From the NCBI RefSeq assembly GCF_000017845.1, contig NC_010546.1:570001-602000 (forward strand): a stretch of DNA of 32,000 nucleotides. Direction: 5' to 3'. The notes under the pieces were generated by a model. The model was not told the DNA's origin and did no database searches. It was given only the letters and a program-made list of their open reading frames with translations. Position 1 is the first letter of the stretch. Each line of letters opens with the position of its first letter. Origin of the DNA: Crocosphaera subtropica ATCC 51142. Its GTDB lineage: Bacteria; Cyanobacteriota; Cyanobacteriia; Cyanobacteriales; Microcystaceae. A program made the translations under genes and the position numbers. Positions 25,901 through 32,000 of this stretch are shown here, piece by piece.

Positions 25901-27715
25901 ATGAAATTTTTGAAACTACTTTCGCCTTTTGTTTTCAACGTAGTCGGGGGTTTGTCCCCCATTTTATTATCTTTAGTTGTTGGTGTATCTCCTACCTTGT
26001 CTGCCGAAAATGTTGTCTTAAAAGCAGGATTATTACATCATACAATTCCCGTTGAAGACTTACAGAAATTAGTAGAAAGCAAAGAAATCCCTCATAGCTT
26101 AAAGGCTTATAATTTTTTATTAACCAGTGAAGTTAAGCAAATTTTATCTCAAAATTTTAACATCGAACCTTTAATTGCAGAACAATTTTTAAACGATCTT
26201 TTAAAAAGCGATGATGGCAACAGATTATTAAAACAAATTAGTCAAGCTTTACCTGATAGTAATGCCTCTGAACTAAAAGAAGCCTTGAAATTACTGTTAA
26301 AACAAACTAATCATCTCAGTATTGTTAATTTTTTACGAGTTTATCCCCAAGAAACTGTGACAATTGATGTATCAAAAGTAGCCATGTTAGGGTTAAAAAT
26401 GAATGGTTCTTTTTTGCATAGTCGCTTGATTAATTCTCAATTAGATGAAGGTTTCAAAGATTCATCTAACACAGAAATTTTACCAAAATTTGATCCCACA
26501 GCATCAGGAGAACAAACCGTATCGATAGAAACCACTGTTCTTTATGATCGTAGTCGAGATCGTTATATTCCTCTCGATATTTATACAGCTAAAAAAACTC
26601 ATGGGCCTCTGGTAATTATGTCTCATGGGTTTGCCTCAGATCGTCGATTTCTGCGCTATTTAGCCAGACATTTAGCTTCTTATGGCATTACGGTGGTTTC
26701 TGTAGAACATCCTGGAAGTGATATTAACGCCCTAATTAAAACAGCAACAGGAATAAAATTGAGTCAAATTTTGCCATCAGCAGAATTTATCGACCGTCCT
26801 CAAGATATTAGCTTTGTCTTAAATCAATTAACCCTTATTAATAAAAAATACCCACAATTTAAAGGGAAATTTAATACTAAAAAAGTCAGTATGATTGGTC
26901 ATTCGTTCGGGGGTTATACGGCCTTAGCGTTAGGAGGTGCATCCTTAGATTTGAAAACCTTACGGCGTTTTTGTCAAGAAACATCTCCTTTAGGGCGATC
27001 GCCGGCGGATTGGTTGCAATGTGCAGCAGGAGAATTGCCCTATCCCCAACGAACGTTTAAAGATAATCGCATCAAACAAATCATGGTTTTTAATCCCATT
27101 ATTGGTGAATTATTTGGGGATAATTTATCTCAAATTAAAGTTCCGACCCTGATGTTATCTGCTTCAGATGATGGGATCACCCCCACCATTGCCCATCAAT
27201 TAAAACCCTTTAAACAACTATCTGGCGAAAAATATATTGTTATGGCCATGGGAGGAACTCACATGAGTATTAGTGATATGAATAGTATCAATAGTGCCAT
27301 GGGACAGAGTACCCTAGTCAGGGAAGTTATGGGAATCAACGCCGAACCGGTTCGTCAGTTAGTACGAGGGGTTAGTTTAGCCTTTATTCACCAGTTAACC
27401 CCTAAAAAATCCGAGTACGAAATGTTTTTAACGCCAACTTATATTGAGTCTTTATCGGAGAAAAATTTGAATTTTCGCCTAGGGAAAAAACTACCAATGA
27501 GTGTGCAAACTTGGATTAATATTACGAATATAGAAACACCGAAAGTGAGTTTATCTTCTATTAAATCGAAATTTGCTCCCTTACAAAATATTCAACATTA
27601 TTTTGTCAATGCACGACAGCTTTTTTTACAACCTCAATATAGCACTGAAAAACTGAATGATTTATTTACAGGGTTACTTCACACCCACGATGATAAGTTA
27701 GATAAATGGAGTTGA
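25901..27715 (+). CDS. Secreted alpha/beta hydrolase with an N-terminal DUF1400 domain
   Basis: Signal peptide after the ATG at 25901. The region after the signal is DUF1400-like, with the nucleophile elbow GHSFGG and a dienelactone/PAF-acetylhydrolase-like core. Confidence 0.75.
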   Translation: MKFLKLLSPFVFNVVGGLSPILLSLVVGVSPTLSAENVVLKAGLLHHTIPVEDLQKLVESKEIPHSLKAYNFLLTSEVKQILSQNFNIEPLIAEQFLNDLLKSDDGNRLLKQISQALPDSNASELKEALKLLLKQTNHLSIVNFLRVYPQETVTIDVSKVAMLGLKMNGSFLHSRLINSQLDEGFKDSSNTEILPKFDPTASGEQTVSIETTVLYDRSRDRYIPLDIYTAKKTHGPLVIMSHGFASDRRFLRYLARHLASYGITVVSVEHPGSDINALIKTATGIKLSQILPSAEFIDRPQDISFVLNQLTLINKKYPQFKGKFNTKKVSMIGHSFGGYTALALGGASLDLKTLRRFCQETSPLGRSPADWLQCAAGELPYPQRTFKDNRIKQIMVFNPIIGELFGDNLSQIKVPTLMLSASDDGITPTIAHQLKPFKQLSGEKYIVMAMGGTHMSISDMNSINSAMGQSTLVREVMGINAEPVRQLVRGVSLAFIHQLTPKKSEYEMFLTPTYIESLSEKNLNFRLGKKLPMSVQTWINITNIETPKVSLSSIKSKFAPLQNIQHYFVNARQLFLQPQYSTEKLNDLFTGLLHTHDDKLDKWS

Positions 27716-27751
27716 ATTGAGTTAGGAGTTTGGAGTTCGGGGTTCGGGGTT
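27709..27751. repeat. GAGTTCG/GGGTTCG-family heptamer array overlapping the hydrolase stop codon
   Basis: GGAGTTG AATTGAG TTAGGAG TTTGGAG TTCGGGG TTCGGGG, read directly. Confidence 0.75.
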
Positions 27752-27760
27752 ATAAAAAAG

Positions 27761-27796
27761 GTTACCAGCAACCACAGATAACCGGTCACTGGTAAC
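27761..27796. terminator. Long-loop inverted repeat between the convergent hydrolase and SLH genes
   Basis: GTTACCAG-N20-CTGGTAAC. There is no clear U-run, so this call is weak. Confidence 0.25.
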
Positions 27797-27803
27797 GGTT
27801 AAG

Positions 27804-29078
27804 TTATTGCTGATTTTCCGTAACGGTTTCTGCTTCTTCGTTTTGTTGCGCTGCTTGTTCGGCTTCAGCTTTAACACATTCTAAAACTCGAACCATAGCG
27901 GCCGCAGTGTAGTCACGGGTTGCTTGTTCATCAGGGGCAAACTCAGTTCCCTGTTCATTAACAGGAGTCGCTACACCACAGTAAGCCGACATTTCCTTAA
28001 TCACTCCATCTGCCCAACTACTAGAGGTATCAGAAAAAACAAGAGGTTCTTGGGTTTGTTGCAATTCCTGTGGTAAATCTAACTGATTTCTGAGATGAAT
28101 AGCCATGCGTCGCATGGTATCCATTAACTCAGCCCGAGTAATGGGTTCACTGGGTTGTAAGGTGTTGTTAGGATTACCAAGATTAAGGAATTTCCACTGG
28201 GCCCATTTAATTTTTTTGGCACTCCAACGGGAACTATCCACATCTTTGAAGGCAACAACGTCCCGTTCTGGTGTAGCATCTAAATCCACTTTGTAAACGG
28301 TACCAATGGCATCAACGGCCATCGAAATCAACTGTTCACGGGTCACCGGTTGGTCAGGACGAAACGTATTATCATTAAACCCTGAAACTAAGCCCATTTC
28401 CACCGCTTCAGCAATTTGGGCTTGATAGATGTTGTTATTAACATCAACAAAACTAATTTTAGGGGTTTCTCTCACAGGGGTGGTGGTGGCAGGAGGAGTG
28501 TCAGGGATATCTCCACCCGCTGCGATCGCAGCTTGAGAACCACTAAAATAGAAGTGGCCTAATACTTTCTCTTCATAGGTTCGTTTGGTAAATTGCCAAC
28601 CGGGATAGAGGTGAATTTTCATGAACCCGTCGGCCATTCCTTTGGTACTACCGATAACAATTTCACTGTAACCGGGGGTTCTGGGGGTTCCCACTAACAC
28701 TAATTCCCCGTCACGACGTACTAGACGCAATAAATAATCTAAACCGAGATCATTTCCATCGAGACGAATAGAATAACCGTTACTATCTGTAGAACGACGA
28801 CAAATGCCAGTAAAATCATAATTGAGTAATAAAGGGTCAACCAAGACCGGATTAGAACCACTTTCGGCCCAACAATCTCGTTTATCGGGAATTTGCTCAA
28901 TGACTAACAGATCATATTTATCATCTCCGTAGGGTCTGGCGATGGCAATAACCTTACTTTGATCTAAAGCGGTTTCACTAAAGGTAGACGCTTTAACAGG
29001 AAGATTTGAAGGGATAAAACTACCGAGGGTAACGGTGGCCAGAGTCGCTAGTTTTAGGGGTAATCTAGATATTTTCAT
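27804..29078 (-). CDS. Cell-envelope protein: signal peptide, conserved cyanobacterial N-domain (DUF3747-like, tentative), three SLH repeats
   Basis: SLH motifs begin at FVDVNNN, FKDVDSSRW and FSDTSSSW, each followed by a TRE/TRA..L segment. The N-terminus is hydrophobic. Confidence 0.75.
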   Translation of the reverse strand: MKISRLPLKLATLATVTLGSFIPSNLPVKASTFSETALDQSKVIAIARPYGDDKYDLLVIEQIPDKRDCWAESGSNPVLVDPLLLNYDFTGICRRSTDSNGYSIRLDGNDLGLDYLLRLVRRDGELVLVGTPRTPGYSEIVIGSTKGMADGFMKIHLYPGWQFTKRTYEEKVLGHFYFSGSQAAIAAGGDIPDTPPATTTPVRETPKISFVDVNNNIYQAQIAEAVEMGLVSGFNDNTFRPDQPVTREQLISMAVDAIGTVYKVDLDATPERDVVAFKDVDSSRWSAKKIKWAQWKFLNLGNPNNTLQPSEPITRAELMDTMRRMAIHLRNQLDLPQELQQTQEPLVFSDTSSSWADGVIKEMSAYCGVATPVNEQGTEFAPDEQATRDYTAAAMVRVLECVKAEAEQAAQQNEEAETVTENQQ

Positions 29079-29286
29079 GGTTTCAACTATAAGGGTATGT
29101 TGGAGGGTTGTATAAAATAATAGCGAAAGAAAATCCTATTCATCGCTATTTGTTGACCGATTTGATAGGGATGGAGTTCCTCTTTCTCTAGGAGTATGGC
29201 AAAGGTCGTCACTTTTGAGTGAACAGGAGTGACAATTACTAGATTGACTATTAATTCTCAAAAGCCCCCTCAACATTAATTAATTT

Positions 29287-29820
29287 TTAAGGATTTAAGG
29301 CTTGTACTAGAATTCGCATTAAAGGGTCTAAGTCTTCAGGAACTCGATAAGTTTCTAGTCCCTGTTCAATATGTTTTTTGTCAGGATCTAATTGACCAAA
29401 TTGCCAAATATTACCAATGGTGACAGCCCCTAATAGGTTAGACTGATTTTTATTATTTTTCCACTGATCTAAGGCAATGAGTTGTACAGCAAGTTGATTA
29501 AAACCATACTCTAAATCTCCTTTTTTGGCTTCAATAATAATTAAAGAGCGATCCGTATAAAGGAAGTAATCTAAATAACCTTGTAATTGTTCAGAAACTT
29601 TCAGAGAATATTCGATTCTCAGTTGAGCATTGGTATAGTGAACTAAATCAGTAATGACAGGAGAAATCAGAATGTCTCCCCTGGCTATTTCCGTACTCAG
29701 ACTCACATTGGCTAAGATTTCTATAATGCGATCGCTTAATTGTTTGAGTCTATCCAAGTTGCCAGAATATTGAGGTAAGTTAAGTCGTTTTCGAGAAAAA
29801 GTATAACCAAAATCAGCCAC
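29287..29820 (-). CDS. PD-(D/E)XK nuclease-fold protein (type I restriction HsdR N-terminal-like domain), stand-alone
   Basis: GYLDY....SLIIIEAKKGDL fits a D...ExK motif. The GTG start is immediately preceded by an in-frame TGA. Confidence 0.55.
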   Translation of the reverse strand: MADFGYTFSRKRLNLPQYSGNLDRLKQLSDRIIEILANVSLSTEIARGDILISPVITDLVHYTNAQLRIEYSLKVSEQLQGYLDYFLYTDRSLIIIEAKKGDLEYGFNQLAVQLIALDQWKNNKNQSNLLGAVTIGNIWQFGQLDPDKKHIEQGLETYRVPEDLDPLMRILVQALNP

Positions 29821-29942
29821 TCATTCATCTGCTTCTACCTTTAACTCAAAAATCTTACGAAAAGTATAAGATTGATTAGGATCAAGAATTTGCATTCTTC
29901 GTTTATCTCCCAGTTTTTCTCATCTTTTCTCCCCTTATCGGG

Positions 29943-31565
29943 CTATCCTTTTGATTCTACGGTGGCAACAATTTTGACATCAAATAAATCTTCAAAGACA
30001 ACTTTCTTATAGTCTAGATTCCATAATTCTAAAGCACAATCATCTTGTGGATTAGAGGGAATAAGATGTAAATGCAGCTTTTTATATTCTTCATCATATT
30101 TACAATGGATGTCCTTGATCGCACCAATTTGCCGACGATCTAAAGCCACAGCCACCCGTAACATAGCACTTAATTGTTTAATCCGTTTACGATATTGATC
30201 AGGTAATTTACTATAAGCGTCATGTTTTTTCTTAGGGGTACTTTTTCGGTGATAACGGGCAATATTAGCAATGGTTTCAATTTCGATTTCTGTAAACCCT
30301 AATAATTCTGCATGACGAATCAAATAATAAGAGTGTTTATGATGGGACGAATGACTAATGTAAACACCACAATTATGTAAAATCGCTGCTGACCATAATA
30401 ATTCCCGTTCGGTTTTTTCCCAGTCATGGAGAACCCCAAAAAGTTGATCAAATAAACTAACGGCAAAAGTAGCCACCTTTTCTCCATAACCAAGATCAAC
30501 TTGATACTTACGAGCAATTTTATAAACACTTCTTTGACGAACGGCGGTTTGAAAACTGAGTCGATCTTCAATGAGTCCGTGGGTTAACATCCAATCAACG
30601 ATCATTCCTTCTCGTAAAGCCCTTTCACAAATGGTAATACTTTCTAGGTCTAACATGGTCATGGCTTCTAAAAGAATGACCGCCCCGGCAACAATGATCT
30701 CAGCCCTTTTTTCGGACATTCCTGATAGATCAACCCGTTCTTCATAGGTCAAAGAAACGAATTTTTTGACCATATCTTTGAGGTCTTTCCGACTCATTTG
30801 ATATCCCTGTAAGGGACTAGGTAGTTCCCCCAACGTTTGTATTGCATGGATACTAACTAACGTTTCGATGGTTCCTGATGTACCGACAGCTTGTGGACTT
30901 TCTCCTAGTTTCAATTTCCGTTTAACTTCATCGATAGGCCTTTCTAACATTCCTCGCACATAAGCCCGCAAATAGGTCAATTCTGTCTCATCAATGGGAT
31001 CACTACTGATAAACTCATTGGTCAGACGAACGGCCCCTACTTTGGTACTGCTTAAAAATCGGGGTTCTTGGGCATCTGCTAGGACAATTTCCGTTGAACC
31101 GCCTCCAATATCAATGATAACGTGGGGTTTTTCCTGAAAATCCATCCCCGATAACACCCCTAAATAGATGCGACGGGCTTCTTCATACCCCGAAATCAAA
31201 TTAATCGTAATACCGATTTTTTCTTCAACCTGCCAGATAAAGTCTAACCCATTGGGTGCTTCTCGGGTGGCACTGGTGGCGGCCGCAATAATATGTTCTA
31301 CATTAAAACTGTCTGCTAAGTCTTTACATCGCCGAAGAGAAGCTAAAGAACGGGCGATCGCTGCTTCGGTTAAATTGCCGGTTTTGGGATCTCTCTCTCC
31401 TAAGCGGACTGTATCTTTTTCCCGTGAAATGATGGTAAAAGCGGGTAAGGTTTTATCAATTTCCACAATTACCATGTGAATGGAGTTGGTGCCAATATCA
31501 ATGGCAGCCAGGGTACAAGTTTGTTCAGAAACCATATTGTTTTGCAGGGGGTTGCTGTTGGCCAT
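29943..31565 (-). CDS. ppx: Exopolyphosphatase / guanosine pentaphosphate phosphohydrolase (Ppx/GppA) with a C-terminal HD domain
   Basis: ASKHA motifs (AAIDIGTNSIHMVI, IIDIGGGSTE) and HD-domain histidines (LHNCG..ISHSSHHKHSYYLI). Confidence 0.9.
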   Translation of the reverse strand: MANSNPLQNNMVSEQTCTLAAIDIGTNSIHMVIVEIDKTLPAFTIISREKDTVRLGERDPKTGNLTEAAIARSLASLRRCKDLADSFNVEHIIAAATSATREAPNGLDFIWQVEEKIGITINLISGYEEARRIYLGVLSGMDFQEKPHVIIDIGGGSTEIVLADAQEPRFLSSTKVGAVRLTNEFISSDPIDETELTYLRAYVRGMLERPIDEVKRKLKLGESPQAVGTSGTIETLVSIHAIQTLGELPSPLQGYQMSRKDLKDMVKKFVSLTYEERVDLSGMSEKRAEIIVAGAVILLEAMTMLDLESITICERALREGMIVDWMLTHGLIEDRLSFQTAVRQRSVYKIARKYQVDLGYGEKVATFAVSLFDQLFGVLHDWEKTERELLWSAAILHNCGVYISHSSHHKHSYYLIRHAELLGFTEIEIETIANIARYHRKSTPKKKHDAYSKLPDQYRKRIKQLSAMLRVAVALDRRQIGAIKDIHCKYDEEYKKLHLHLIPSNPQDDCALELWNLDYKKVVFEDLFDVKIVATVESKG

Positions 31566-32000
31566 TTAAGGTTAGGGACTGATATCTAAGTGTTTCTCTA
31601 TTGTTATATTGTGTCATCTTTAGCCCCGTCAAATCAGACCGAATCATGGACAAAGGGAATTAATTATTTATTTATATTTATTTAGGACTGTTAAGAACCA
31701 TGAGGAATCCCTACACAAATTTTGGTTAAATCGGTTACAGTATAAGCAGATACAACAATTGTTTTTTTTTATTTTCTTTATTAAGTTATCTGAGATTATT
31801 CCTTAACAAAACTTTATCTCAAAAAGGATGAAAAATCCTCCTCGAATCAGATAAGTTAGTGAGTAACAAGAGAAAAAATTTCATTCCTAGTGTGAAGGAG
31901 ACAGTCAAATGTTAAAAATATTCTATAGTTTCATCGCAAAAGCTACTCTTTCCATTTTTAAAATTGTCTTTTTGTAATTAGATAGACAAAACATCCTAAT

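Overview
This window is a cyanobacterial chromosome segment. The octamer GCGATCGC (HIP1) occurs at least 16 times by eye, for example at 1002, 4433, 12150, 19435 and 28524. Most gene 3' ends are followed by degenerate 7-nt tandem repeats (STRR-like). Gene content and order closely resemble the nif region of unicellular diazotrophs of the Cyanothece/Crocosphaera type.

Layout:
(1) 1-13.8 kb, + strand: the distal half of a nif cluster. It runs nifK 3' end, a Mo-nitrogenase-C-like small ORF, nifE, nifN, nifX, DUF269, DUF683, nifW, hesA, hesB and fdxH. Two unknown ORFs follow, then a metal-supply module: a frameshifted or split feoB, feoA, a TauE/SafE permease, fused modBC, and a nif-type 2x[4Fe-4S] ferredoxin.
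(2) 13.8-16.4 kb: a small toxin-antitoxin island with two intact PIN-type pairs and one decayed DUF433/DUF5615 pair. Its cassettes are separated by a repeated hairpin element.
(3) 16.6-32 kb: mostly housekeeping genes. These are comF, a TPR protein, divergent petJ/petE, eda with a small upstream ORF, an S8 subtilase, proB, glk, a 5'-truncated mrr, a DUF1400 hydrolase, an SLH protein, a PD-(D/E)XK protein and ppx.

I saw no rRNA, tRNA, CRISPR array, transposase or integrase. I cannot point to a clearly novel multi-gene system. The best candidates for a second look are:
- the two uncharacterised coupled ORFs inside the nif cluster (7248-8019)
- the hairpin-bounded TA cassettes at the nif boundary
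- the stand-alone propeptide-like protein between an S8 protease and eda
- the shared dyads in the petJ/petE control region
- the feoB frame break

All homology statements come from motif recognition by eye, not from database searches.
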